A stretch of DNA of 64,000 nt from contig NC_083225.1 in assembly GCF_032191835.1 (NCBI RefSeq), forward strand, positions 83,700,001-83,764,000, in the 5' to 3' direction. Position numbers and translations under genes: made by a program. Shown here piece after piece: positions 50,744-63,245 of the stretch (the first letter of the stretch is position 1; each line of letters starts with the position of its first letter). Below the pieces are notes generated by a model. That model saw only the letters and a program-made list of their open reading frames with translations, searched no databases and had not been told where the DNA came from. The DNA comes from Heteronotia binoei. Lineage: Eukaryota.

Positions 50744-53700
50744 TATGCAGAGGCTTGCAGTTAGGGTTGCTGGCCTCCAGGTATGTCCTGGAGACTTCCC
50801 ACTTTGGGAGAGCCAGGTTTCATTCACTACTCCACTACTTGCACCTTTTGCATAGCTCTGGCAGGAGCTGGCCTGGATAAGGCGGCTGCCATGGGAGCCC
50901 TCTTTAGCCCCACCCACCTCGCGGGGTGCCTGTTGGGGGAGAGGGAGGTACTGGAGATGGTGAGCCGCTCTGGGACTCTCCGGAGTGGAGGGCGGATATG
51001 GGTCCTGTATCTTCCTCCTTTTGAAAGGGTAGCTTCTTTGTGAGCTCTCCCAGCCTACCCACGTTGCAGGGCGTCTGTTGTGGGAGGAGAGGATGGAGAC
51101 GCCTCCTCCACCTGTATTAGGTCAAAGCCGTGGCCTTGGCGGCGGGCGCCCCATTGGGGAGGTGGTGGCAATCAGCAGCCCCTTGAAAAGGGGGCCCTGC
51201 CCCATTTGACTGAGGGTACTCGGTTGATTGATGAGCAAGTGCCCATGTGCAGCTGATGGCCAGTATCTGCCCAGGGTGTTTCTCTTTGGGGTGTCTGAGC
51301 CCTGATCAAGGGTCTAGGGCCAATCTTCAGTGGTTAAAGACGGGTCTTGACCACGTAGTTAGGGTAAGAGCGCCAGGAAGGCAGGGTCTTAGGACCCCCC
51401 TTTGGTACGCCGCCTGTACCCACATTGTGCGTATTTCCCCCGGGGGTGGTGCCTAATAAAGCGCCAGGGGAATATCGCCTCATTCTTCTACGGTCCTACC
51501 CCAGTGGGGTGTCGGTGACTTATGGAATTATGTTTGTTTGAAGTACACTTCCATTGACCAGCCGGTTTAGGGCTGTGTGGATGGTGGTGTTGGGGCAGCA
51601 TTGGCAGTATGCCATTAGGCGGCATTTCGCCTCTTGCCGTGCATTCCTAGGATTATGAGTTCCCCAGGTTCTTTGTTTTGAGAACAAATCTACATGGATC
51701 GGGCCCTCCTGATGGGGTGCTCAGTCTCCTGAGCTGTATTCAAGCGCTTTGGCTTCTTGGTGGAGTGGCCGTTATAGGATAGGACTGGGTTTAATGACAC
51801 GGCGCACCATCGGGGCGCCTGCCTCTTACGGTCCAGCAAGTACATGGTGATGTGCCTGGCTCTGATACATTTTCATGAGTTGGCCATCAAGCTGGGGGTA
51901 TCTTTGGTATATGGGAATACTGAGGGGCCCAGTACGGTGCTTTTGTTTCTTAGGTATTGAGCTTGATACCCACCAGCGGCCATTTCCGCGGTCGGTGAAA
52001 GTGCTTGCTGACTTTAGGGGCCGGTTGGCTGCGTTTAGGGGGCAACGCAAGGTGTCGCTGCTTTAATTACGGTAGGTGGTTGGTCACCTTAACTTTGCAT
52101 GAAGGTGGGGGCACCTGGCGGGGCCTCTTTTAGGTGTATTTGGGATGACAGGGGCACCTGCGTTAGACAGTGGGTTCAGTGCGGTCCCGCCAATTTGGAA
52201 CTTTTTCCAATTCTAGTGGCAGTTTGGCTTTGGGGTGAGCTACTCGCCGACCGGTTTGGGGCTTGACTGCGGCTTTAACATGGCGGTAGTACATGTTAGC
52301 AACCCCTTGACCTCTAAGTCGTGTAGGTGACGAACACGGTTAGGTTATTTATACTTTACCTCCGGGGGAACACTTGGTTCATGGTAGGGCATGTACCCGG
52401 AGGCTGCAATGGGGCGGTGAACGCTCTACATTGCCAATAGCTGTGGTGCTTTCGGCAGCCCGCCCCGGAAGTTGACTCGCGGCCAACGTGATTCCTCCCG
52501 GATTTCTGGCAATTTGGGAAGCCGAAGCTGGTAGGCACTCCAGCTGGCGTTGGCACCTAGTACCAGAGGGGATCATAGTAGAGCGGCTTTCCTATTTAGG
52601 AGCCGCATGGGGCCGTGGTGTTGCGGGATTACTGGCCATTTTCGACGGCTCATATTAGGCAATCCTGCGTGTTGCAGAGAGAGAGGTTGGAGTCGAGGAC
52701 TATTGGGGGCCAACTGGTGGTGTTGCCTTTATTGGTAAGGCCCATGGGTTGGCTGAGAAGACCTAATAGTAGAAGGGCATATGACAAAGCAGCGTCCCAA
52801 TTCTGGGCATTTGGGAGCACAGCTGGTCCACATGTTAGTTGGGTGGTCCTGTGGCACGGGTTATGTTGTTCCCCTTCGGGACCGCGCTGCTTCATGCGGC
52901 CTTGTTGATGGCCCGTTGGGCGCTATGTATTGGCTAGTTAGTTGTGCAGTCTAATTATTGACACTGATAGGCGAGCGCCCCAGGATGGGATGTCAACATT
53001 GGTTGGCCTGCGGAGGGCGGCAACCATTTGAGCCAGGGGCGTCCGTTGGTTGCCTAGTGGGCATTTTGGAGGGCGAAGGTTGTCATTCCCTCCTGGCCAT
53101 GACTCGTTCTGACAATATTTTCTGTTTTCCAGGTGCTGTGGCTCGCAGTCAGAGGCAGCGTGTTCTCATCTGTGCGCACAGCGGGGCGTTCCAGGCGGCC
53201 CCTCAAGCCATGCGGTCTCCAACAGGCACCCAGCTGGGTTTCAGCGACGGGGCAGTTGGGGAAGGGCTGGGTCGCTGGGGGCCGGGGTTGGCCGTAGTGC
53301 GGAGAGAGGCGGGGCACCTTCTCCGCACACCTGTGTCTTTCGTTGGGGCGGTTTCAGGGGAACACCTATGGCCTAGCACCAAGTGTGCAGGTGGTCTGTA
53401 TGAACAGCAGATGGGCTACACGGCTCAGTGCGGGGACTACAGATCACTGAACAGCCTCACCTGAGCGTATCTTTCCATGGGGGATTGACGCTAGCACAGG
53501 TGGTGAATGGCACGGGGCCTGGCCGCTCAGCAACAACCCGACCTGGGCGGGCTTGTGCTGGGGGCAGGGTGTTCGCCCTTTGGACAAGGCGGGGTCAGGG
53601 TGTGACCCCAGGGCTTGTCCTTCTTGGCTGGTCCTGGTATGGTCAGCTAGATCGCCATGAAAGACTTGTTGGTGTTCCCTTTCACCTGGGGGGATAGAGC

Positions 53701-55689
53701 GCACTAAGCGCAAGGACAATACGGCCGCGTAGAGATTGGGAGGGAACGACTTGGGGCGGCTGCGTGGGAAAGCTCCCTCCCAGCAGGTGTTGGCTGACCT
53801 CCGCGAGTTTCAGCAGAGGTGGCCCGGGATCATTTTGGTCTGGTCGGCAATCTTGCCGCCATTTCGCCAGTCGACCTGTACCGGCCGGATGGTGTTCACT
53901 TATCTAATTTGGGTAACCGGGACTTTGTGGACGAGATCCGGCAGGGGGTGCGGTTGGCTCTAGGCCACCCGGTGGGGCGCTAATGCCTAAGCAGAGGCTT
54001 GGCATTGGCGGTGGCTGGATTAGGTTTGGCCACAGGGTTTTCCAGGGGAGCACCTATGGCCTAGCACCTTCGGTGCGGTGGTCTGCAGGAACCGTAGATG
54101 GGCTAAACGGCTCAGTACGGTGATGCAGAACACAGGGAGCCTCACCTGGGTGGATCTTTCCATGGGGATTGTTCCAGCCCGGTTGGTGATGGCTAGAGGC
54201 CTGGCCGCTCAGTTACAACCCGATTACGGCGGGTTTGTGCTGGGGGCAGGGTGGCTCGCCCTTTGGACAAGGCGGGGTCCAGGTGTTGACCCCAGGGCTT
54301 GTCTGGTCTGTTTTCTCTCCCCCTGCCAGTTATATTTGTTAATTTCAATAAAGCGGCCCGGTTTTAAACCCAACAATTGTGTCTGCCTCTTCTTTCCGAC
54401 TGGGGGGGCAAGGTTCGGCCCCTTCCCAGCCGAGCCTGCTCGCAGGCCATAGGCTGGGGGCCGTCTTTGCTCCTCCGGAAGGAAGGAGGGGCAGAAGGAT
54501 CACCCGACATACGGGTGTTTTAGCTGGGCGCGGAGGCGGGGCTATTTAAGCCCCGGCTCCCGCCTCAGCACGCAGTTCGTTTTGGCTCTCTGCCCACCCA
54601 CCCTTCCCATTGGCAGTACAGGTGTATACCGGTCGCCTTTTGGGGCCAGGTAGGAATTTTTTCACCCCCGCACAATTGGCCTATGCGGGGGTGTTTTTCG
54701 CCTACCTTGTACTGCCTAGTAGGTTAGGTTTTGTTGTGTTCTAGTTTGGTCGCAGGCTGGATTAGGTTTGGCCACAGGGTTTTCCAGGGGAGCACCTATG
54801 GCCTAGCACCTTCGGTGCGGTGGTCTGCAGGAACCGTAGATGGGCTAAACGGCTCAGTACGGTGATGCAGAACACAGGGAGCCTCACCTGGGTGGATCTT
54901 TCCATGGGGATTGTTCCAGCCCGGTTGGTGATGGCTAGAGGCCTGGCCGCTCAGTTACAACCCGATTACGGCGGGTTTGTGCTGGGGGCAGGGTGGCTCG
55001 CCCTTTGGACAAGGCGGGGTCCAGGTGTTGACCCCAGGGCTTGTCTGGTCTGTTTTCTCTCCCCCTGCCAGTTATATTTGTTAATTTCAATAAAGCGGCC
55101 CGGTTTTAAACCCAACAATTGTGTCTGCCTCTTCTTTCCGACTGGGGGGGCAAACAATGCCATTTTCACAAGATCTTCCCATAACAATTCAGAGACCAGA
55201 GAAATATACTAATTTAGGATTTTCCTTTCCTTTGTCCAATAAAAGCTCTAAAGCTTAGTGCCTGGAGCAGTGTAACAATCTGAATTTCATTTACACTTCC
55301 TATGTATTTCCCAAAAGACAAAAGGAATAAAAAACAAAACAAAAACATAACTGCAACATCCAAAGTTATATTAGGGTTTTGATCTGAGAGTAGGAAAGCA
55401 ATTTAGAACTTTCAAAATCAAGATGTTTTCCACATTAGAGGTTTTTGTGCAAAACGTAGCTGTAACCAAGGACAAAATAAACCACTGTCTACAAAGAAGT
55501 AAAATTCACATCTTTGTTTTTTCTGCCATCTTGTGGCGAATGCTTCAGTAATTAAAATTAAATTTAAACACATACATCCAGTACAACAAGAAAACACCTT
55601 GAACTGTATTAGTTGATTGTATAATAAACTGGAGGAATTAACCAGTTGTAACATGGAGCGTTCAACTGAGAAGAATTATTCTGCTAGGG

Positions 55690-56294
55690 CAGGAGTGTCA
55701 GATACATTTGTTATGAGGGCTGAATCTGACATAAATGAAACCTTGTCGAGCTGGACCATGTATGTACCTATTTAAGATTACGTAGCAGAGATATAAACTT
55801 TATAAAGGACACATACAAACACAATTAAATATTTTTTTAAAAAAAAAACCAACCCTAAAATATCCTTACAACATTAACACTTGTTGGTCTTAAAGGTTCT
55901 TTCTTTGTATTTCTCCCATGGGATCCAGAGAACTGGGCAAGGGAAGTTCTAGCTATTTCCTTCCTTCCCCAGGGGACCAAGAGGGGAAGGAGCCTCAGCT
56001 AATAGAAGGAAAAGAGGCAAAGCTCGGTAGCTCTCTCTAAAATTGAGAGAACCTGGCAAAGCAAGTTCTGCCTCCCTCTCTTCCTCCCAAGAGATGAGCC
56101 TCAGCCAATGGAGAAAACAGAGGATTTCCTCTGTAGTTCCTGTGCAATTCAGCAAGCCTGGCAAAGCAAGCTGTTGTGTAGAAGGAAGCTAGAGAGAGGA
56201 AGAAGGAAACGGTTGACAGCCAGTTGCTCGAGGGCCTGATAGGAGCCCTCTGGGGGCTTGATTTGGCTCTTAGACAGCATGTTTGACACCTCTG
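55690..56294. mobile_element. hAT-type MITE
   Basis: TIRs CAGGAGTGTCAGA / TTTGACACCTCTG. Flanks TGCTAGGG / TGCTAGTA. Confidence 0.8.
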
Positions 56295-56585
56295 TGCTAG
56301 TATTCTTCATTGTTTACATACTTCTTTGCATGCAATAGACCACTCTAGATTAATCAAATTTGTTTTTTAAATTTATTTATTCAGCTTATATCCCACTCCC
56401 ACCTCCCACCTTCTGAGTGTTTGATTATTACAATCTGAAAAAGCAAGCTAGAGTCAGGAGAGCAGAGTCAGAACTGTTGATAATCTACAATGTCAGATGA
56501 GTCATATTTCTCAATTAAGTGGCAAATACTTGACAATAGTGTTTGTGTGTACTAGAACCCCTTCTTGCTGTCATCTAATTTTCAG

Positions 56586-56645
56586 ATTTCTCAGCATGCA
56601 CTCTGAAGGGCAGAGTCCAGACCTAGGACGTACACAGACAAAGAA
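56586..56645 (+). CDS. Candidate exon D (FLSMHSEGQSPDLGRTQTK)
   Basis: TTCTTGCTGTCATCTAATTTTCAG acceptor, GAA|GTAATG donor. Only frame 1 is open, which matches the 2-nt overhang of exon C (AG+A = Arg). Confidence 0.55.
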
Positions 56646-56799
56646 GTAATGTATCACTGAAGACTAACCTTTACTCAGGGCTAAGGAAAAATAAATAATT
56701 AAAATAAAATCAGGTTAAAATACATATGCCAACAAAAAAAAGGAAAAAGGGATCACCAAGGAATGTCAGAGAAAACAACAAAGTCTCCCCCCGCACCTC

Positions 56800-57030
56800 A
56801 GTGGATGGTATCAGCAGTAGAGTACAGGCAAGTCTCCCTGGGGGAAGAGTTCCAGAACGTTGGTGCCATTCTCTCCGAGACTGCCATTCACCTGACCTCA
56901 AGAGTCAGGGGGACCTGAAACAGGGCTTCTAAAATAACTGTAGCAATTGAGTTGGTTCATAAGGGAATCAGCAGTCCTTCAGGTATGCTAGTCTCAAGCC
57001 ATGTAGAGCTTTAAGGGTCAATACTAAAAT
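56800..57030 (-). mobile_element. Old L2 3' fragment
   Basis: GGGAAGAGTTCCAGAACGTTGGTGCC and GCTTTAAGGGTCAATAC resemble the reverse complement of the L2 RT C-terminus. Confidence 0.5.
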
Positions 57031-57443
57031 GCGGAGATTTGCTAGAAAAAAAAATAGAGCCAGTGTAGATAGATGAAGACTAAAATGATAGTGTTGTCAC
57101 ATCCAGGCTAGGGAATTGCTAGAGATTTGGGATTGAATCCATGTGGGCAGGTTTGGGGGAGGATTATGAAGTACAATTCAATTGTAATTCACCCTGCAAA
57201 GCAGTCACTTTCTCTAGGGAAACTGGTCTCTAGGGAAACAGAAGATAAAATGTAATTCTGGGAGATCTTCATAGAAAATTCAATAAAGTTTATCAAATTT
57301 CAATACAATGATGGATTTGAAGATTTTTAGTATCATAAAGTGCTTGTGCCAAAAGTATAAGTATAGTCCATAATTTTTTCCAAGTGCAAATATGGAGATC
57401 TTGAAAACCACCTAACAGAGCTTGCTAGCTTTCTGGCCCATTT

Positions 57444-58270
57444 CATAGAATCATAGAGCTGGAAGGGACTTCTAGGGTCATCTAGTCCAACCTCCTGCAC
57501 AATGCAGAAAACTCACAAACACCTCCCCCCAAAATCACAGGATCTTCATTGCTGTCATTAGGCCATCTAGCCTCTGTATAAAAACCTCCAAGGAAGGAGA
57601 GCCCACCACCTCCCAAGGAAGCCTGTTCCACTGAGGAATCGCTCTAACTGTCAGGAAGTTCTTTCTAACGTTGAGCCGAAAACTCGTTTGATTTAATTTC
57701 AACCCATTGCTTCTGGTCCTACCCTCCAGGGCCACAGAAAACAATTCCACACCATCCTCTAGATGACAGCCCTCCAAATACTTGAAGAGGGTGATCATAT
57801 CACCTCTTAGCCGCCTCCTCTCCAGGCTAAACATCCCCAGCTCCTTCAACCTTTCGTCATAGGACTTGGTCTCCAGACCCCTTATCCCAGTTTCTGGCAT
57901 TATATGAGGCTTTGAATTATTGTCTCGGTCCCCCATATAATTTAGTTTAAAGCCCTTTTTATTAGGTTTGCAAGACTGTTACCAAACACCCTTTTCCCTA
58001 CCACCTTAAGGTGCAAACCATCTCCCGATAGAAGACCACCATCTCGAAAGCATAAGCCATGGTCCAGAAATCTGAATTGATCCTGACGACACCATGGATG
58101 TAGCCAGTCGTTTATTTGAAGCGTTTTTCTTTCTCTTCCTAAGCCACGGCCTTCAACAGGAAGCACTGATGAGAACACAACCAGTATGCCCAGCTCCTTC
58201 ACCTGTTTCAAATAACTTCTTCCTGGAGAGGTTAATCATTGTCCCAAAAATCCATATTTTTCCAAGCCTA
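57444..58270 (-). mobile_element. CR1 with large internal deletion: ORF1 esterase C-terminus fused to the ORF2 3' end and tail
   Basis: 57940-58270 encodes VVFSSVLPVEGRG..R...INDWLHPWCR..F.FLDHG...DGLHL (CR1 ORF1 SGNH). At ~57883 it joins directly to GLETKSY..RLKELGMFSL...WNRLP. Confidence 0.88.
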
Positions 58271-58529
58271 AGGGCAATAAATATAATAATAACAATTGTG
58301 CAATTATAAATGATATAATATTATAAAATGCATATTATATATTACACTGACCACTAAGAAACAGTCAATATACATCAAAAGAACAGATTCTTCAGAGAGA
58401 AAAATTCTCAGGGTGAGTTCATTGAAGGCTAGCTTAAATACAAGACGCTCTGGCAACATACACCTGTTAGGACATATAAAGATATATTGCAAGAACAAGA
58501 ACCTTGGAAGAACAGCCACACACTTATTT

Positions 58530-58900
58530 ACAAAAAGCATGAATAATCTATGCAATTGTTAAGTCCCATAGGAGCTATGGTATTTAATCTATGAACCCAG
58601 AATATTTCGTGCCGTAACATAATTTTGCAGAAATCAAAGGCAGCACCCAAATTTCCTGTGTACTTAAAAATGTAACACAAAGGTTCTCGTTCTTATTATA
58701 GAACTTTAAATGTTCAAACAGGTATTTATTATCAGCCAGAGCATCTTGTATTTAAGCTAGCCTTGAATCTACATATTCCTCTACTTTTGTTTTAGCCCTC
58801 TCCCTTGCAGATAAATGTATGCAACCTCCTTGGAGACAAAGTGAAATAAAAATATTGTGGATATTGTTAGTCCACATGCTAGCAATGTTAGGCTGCTGGA
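58530..58900 (-). mobile_element. Penelope-like element GIY-YIG endonuclease remnant
   Basis: Minus-strand LRHEIFWVHRLNTIAPMGLN matches the PLE C-terminal RE.FWI..L.T..P.GLN motif. Confidence 0.6.
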
Positions 58901-61900
58901 TTTTTTCTTTTTACAAAGTATTAATGGATTAATGCAGGCTAATAAGAGGGGATATCCCCCCCCACATCTGTCTCTTGCAGAATGACCGTTGCTGATGTCA
59001 TTCAAGAGGGAAAAAGCTAGAGAGAAAATATCTACAAAGAATCTGAGAATTTCCATAAAGGCTACCATTTTTTAAAAAAAAAAAATCTCTAGCAGCATTC
59101 TACGTGCCCTTCAAGTTGACATCAGAGGAAGACAGAAGATTCTATTGTCCAATGTGCAAAGGGGGAAGGAGTCTGTCAAACACCAGGCCTGAAAGTTGCA
59201 GCTGACCTCCCTGAGATGCTCCTCTATCTGCCCTCCATGTTGCATACAGATTGGCATAGGGGGAGGGGGAAAAGATGTTATGATCCAATGTGCAAAAGTG
59301 GAAGGAGTCTGTCAAATGCCACACCTGCATCACCCCCCCCACACACACACACACCCTGTGAAGAAAAACCCCTTACAGAACATCGTAATCACCAACTTGG
59401 TTGCCAGACCACCTGGAGAAGTGACTCACACACGTCTGGCCAGAGAGTGTGAGCCAACCTATCCAGGGGCAAAAGGGACTTATGCAGTACTAACAGCCAC
59501 AACGCTACAAAGGCACTCAAGACCGGTACAAGAGTGCCCACCAGGAGAACGGATGGCTTCCTGTCGTTCTGTATGACATCCATCCCGGCCATGAAGCGGA
59601 AGAGACTGCGCCGCCAGGAGCTATCCAGGCAAACAGTTTTGAAGCGCTGACCATAGAAACCACTGTGGAGGGCTAACACCACACGCAGCCATCTTCCTAC
59701 CAGGCCTGACTTCATTCCAGTGAAGCGGATGGCTCATGTACTCGCCGGATGTCACCTGTGCCTGCAAGCAATCTACCCACCCCAGGAGTGGCTAATCGTC
59801 CAACCGCCACTTTCTTTGTTTAACGGAACTCAAGACAAAGACTAGTGCCAAGGAGAAGACAGAAGAAGAGGAAGACCATTTTCAGCCAGAGCCAAGTTCC
59901 TTTGTGTAAACCGGGTGTTACCTAGGCAATGATTTGACTCTATTGTCACCCTTTTAGATAAATTTAATAGTCTTAAGTATCTCCCCACCCAGTAATCTCT
60001 CCTATTCTTCTCCCCAACTGTCATTTTGGAGCCTCACCCTGGTCCGTTTCATCCTGAAAGTTCGCTCAGGGATCCAGGATCCAAGCAAGTCCATTGGTCA
60101 GGAATGGGCACCCAATTAGGTGACACCAATGAACTTCCTATTGGCTATCGTAGTAGTCCAGCCCTTATGGTCACTGCGAAGCCTACCCTTTTTGGGAGGT
60201 CATGCATCAGCTGACCACCTTCCTCCACCCTCGTACCTCCCATCTCCTAAGGGCTCAAGGTAGTCCTTATAACCTGTGGACTAGCTACCCACAGGTGTGC
60301 TTCTAGCAGTATCCCAATTTCGCTGCATAGATCCATCCTCAATTCTAAGGCCAAGTTTTGAGTCCCCTCTCCCATTTCCTCGCTCGTTGCCATTGGAGCC
60401 TTCCTTGAAGACTACGATCGGTAAATATCACCCTGTTCGTCTACCCATGTGTTCCCCTATCTCTCTATCTATTTTTCTTAGGACTGTGTGTATGATTTTA
60501 TGCGTATTTTATCTTGTATGAAAGCCTATATTTTTCTGAATAAATTTTAATTTTTTTACTTAATTAGAGGCCCTAATATTTTAAGCATTATTTCTGGACA
60601 TGGAATCCTGAATACACAGGTCAAAGATCCTAATTAATCCAGGTGCCCACCTGGCAATTCCCCAACCTCGTTTTGAGGGCATTTTGGCTTACAACCCGGT
60701 TGCCTGACAATTAATTCCTTGGCACCAGTTGTCTGGTCTACAGACTGCTCTCACAGACCAAAAGGACTGCCTGGAAAAAATTGTAGTCCATGGGCAGTCT
60801 GTTGAAAAATGTGATCCCATGGACTAGGAAAACAGTCCATTATCCTCCCCTCAGTCCATCATAGATTTTGGTCTGTATTTCGGACCATGTCCACCCATAT
60901 ATATGATCCTCCCCTACCTGTTGTCTTGCCTGATTTTTCTAACCATTCCTGAGGCTTCTAAAATTTCCTGCTAATTATACACCCATAGACAGCATATTGC
61001 TGTACTCCAAATTGGAAACTACAATAGGTTTAGTGATTTTTATTAGCTTTCAGAGCAGTTTTAAAAAAAAAAACCAACATGAACAGAGAGAAAGTACATC
61101 TGACTACCAGCACTACCAGCTTCAACACCCTGTCATTCACTTTACAGAAGAGAAGCAAGACTAGCTTGCCAACTAGCTTTATATGACTTTTTATTCACAA
61201 CTGGCTGCACTATTCAGTGGATACATTTTATTTATTTTCACATTCCAATTTGCCTGTTATGTCACATGCACACAAACAAAAGAAAGCTCATGCTGGGAGA
61301 GTGCAGGTTCACTGCCAAAAAAAGATTAGGCTATGGGCTTGTAGAACATGGTGACAAACAGTAGAGTATTTGTCATAGCTGAGTACAACAAACAGAGTAT
61401 CTCAAGGTTCAGGGTTTAAACGCAGCCGACGAATACAAGTTAACAGCCCCAGGAACAAAGACACTTCCTTTACCCCAAAGGTGTGTGCAGCTTTTGGAAA
61501 GTAAATTTCCTTCTCTACAGGAATGGTGGTAATGTTGATCTTATTTACATTTTTCATAGAAACGACATAATTCCTCCATGCACACAGTTTGAACTCTTCA
61601 CTAGAGATACACTCTCAAAGCATGCTTCCTTGTTTCCCTTCTGCTTAATTGTTCTGTATTGAATTTTTAAGGAACTTTTTCAGTGCTGTAGAAGAATACA
61701 TTTTTCAATATACAGAACATAAATTTGGCTGCAAAATATAATGCTAAAAATAACTGTCTTTTTCATCTAATTCAGCAGATTCAAAGGATGCATGTTTTTC
61801 CAGGTGTTTTTGAAAAATCTTGTCTTTAATCAGATGCAGTAGAACTATTGCTGAAAGTGAAATATCTGGCTCCTCTCCTCTGGGCATAAACCTTTCTCTG

Positions 61901-62699
61901 AATTAAAGCACTGTGGCATGTGGGGTTATGGAAAAGAGTGTGAAAAAACCCTTGTGAATATTGATGCCTGTGGTTGTGATGTCATGGCAAAGATGAGAAG
62001 AATTTAAAAGATGAACTCTCTTGTGGAATATGGTTTTTTACATCTTTTATTGAATTTTGAATTCTTGCTAAGAATAGGGACACTGTAAATTTCATCACGA
62101 ACATATTCAGTGGTTGAACCATGTTTGAAGGTTGTCAAAAGATGTGAATCAATAACTTGATCTCTTCAGTTCATACCCAACTGCATGTATGCAAAGATGC
62201 TGCCAATTCAAACTGGCAATAAGGACTACTTAAACAAATATTTAAAGGTTGGATTTTATTGAAACATTGCATTTATTTATATAATTAGTGAGTGACCATA
62301 TAATTTGTATTCATATAATTTGTGACTGTTTTAATTATTTAAACAATTGCCTGCTGAGCAGCGTAGTTAAGCAGCAAGGAGAAGGGAGTAATAGAAGAGT
62401 GGGCTGTCTGAGAACACATATGCAATAAAGCTGATGGCATTGTGTTGCATAGATATGAAGGAATAGAGTGAATCAACCTGTGAAATACCAGCAAATATTA
62501 ACAAATTATCAAGCTGATCATAGAAAATTGGGTCCCAACTAATGACAGGCAAACAGCATGCAAGCTGAACCAGCAAAAGTTTGAGCACCCCTTGTTAAGG
62601 GCAAATATTAAACTGATAAAAACCAAACAAAAATATTCTCCATGACTATCAGGTATATTCTGAGACTGATCAAGTTGTCCAGATTTGAACATAGAATTA

Positions 62700-62997
62700 T
62701 GTCAAATATCTGGTATTCCTATTTAACTCATTGGAGCCGAAAGAACGAAGCTTGGGGAACTAGGAACAATGGGCAGCAAGATCCTGATACCTGCTGCCTT
62801 GTACCAATCATAGGGCCTCGGCCAGTTTGAATGGACCAATAACCTGCTAGCGCGGGAACCCAGAGTTGTATATAGCTATGGTCCCATCAGCCGGTTAGTC
62901 AGTCTTATTAGTGCAACCATCTACCATGCTGCTTCTAATAAAGAGCTGTTATCACTGTTATCTCGTTTCCTCAATGCTTTGAACCCACTATATTATA
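62700..62997 (+). mobile_element. Probable solo LTR
   Basis: Starts TGTCAAA; two CCAAT boxes, TATATA, AATAAA; decayed TATTA(C/T)A end. TSD not clear. Confidence 0.6.
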
Positions 62998-63159
62998 GTA
63001 ATGTTGTGGATGAACCCTCTTTGTAAAGTTGCATTTCTTTATAATATAATACATACAACAGATTTATATGACACCTAAGGTTACTAAACATTGTAGCTTG
63101 TATATCACAGTGTTTGTTCTTTGTATTGTCTTCAATAACGAACTGTGATCCCATGTTGT

Positions 63160-63245
63160 TGTTATGGAAATTCACAGGGCAATGTTGGGCAAATCACACT
63201 CAGTCTCACCTACCTCACAGGGTTGTTGTGAGGATAAAGGCGGGG
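63160..63245 (+). mobile_element. MIR-core SINE fragment
   Basis: TTGGGCAAATCAC...CCTACCTCACAGGGTTGTTGTGAGGATAAA. Confidence 0.65.

Larger units (their letters stand above)
48667..55153 (+). mobile_element. Ngaro-type YR retrotransposon with split direct repeats A1-[ORFs]-B1-A2-B2; ORFs destroyed
   Basis: A1 48667-48850 = A2 54409-54592 (184 bp). B1 54013-54411 = B2 54755-55153 (399 bp). RT remnant GVVPNKAPGEYRLI (~51445), YR remnant (~52770-53060), SGNH remnants VLICAHS (~53160) and LGGNDLG (~53736). Confidence 0.93.

Noticed and set aside
54078-55212. Duplicated 124/130-aa ORFs as a tandem gene pair
   Set aside because: They are chance ORFs in the Ngaro B1/B2 repeats, with no ATG start and no known motif.
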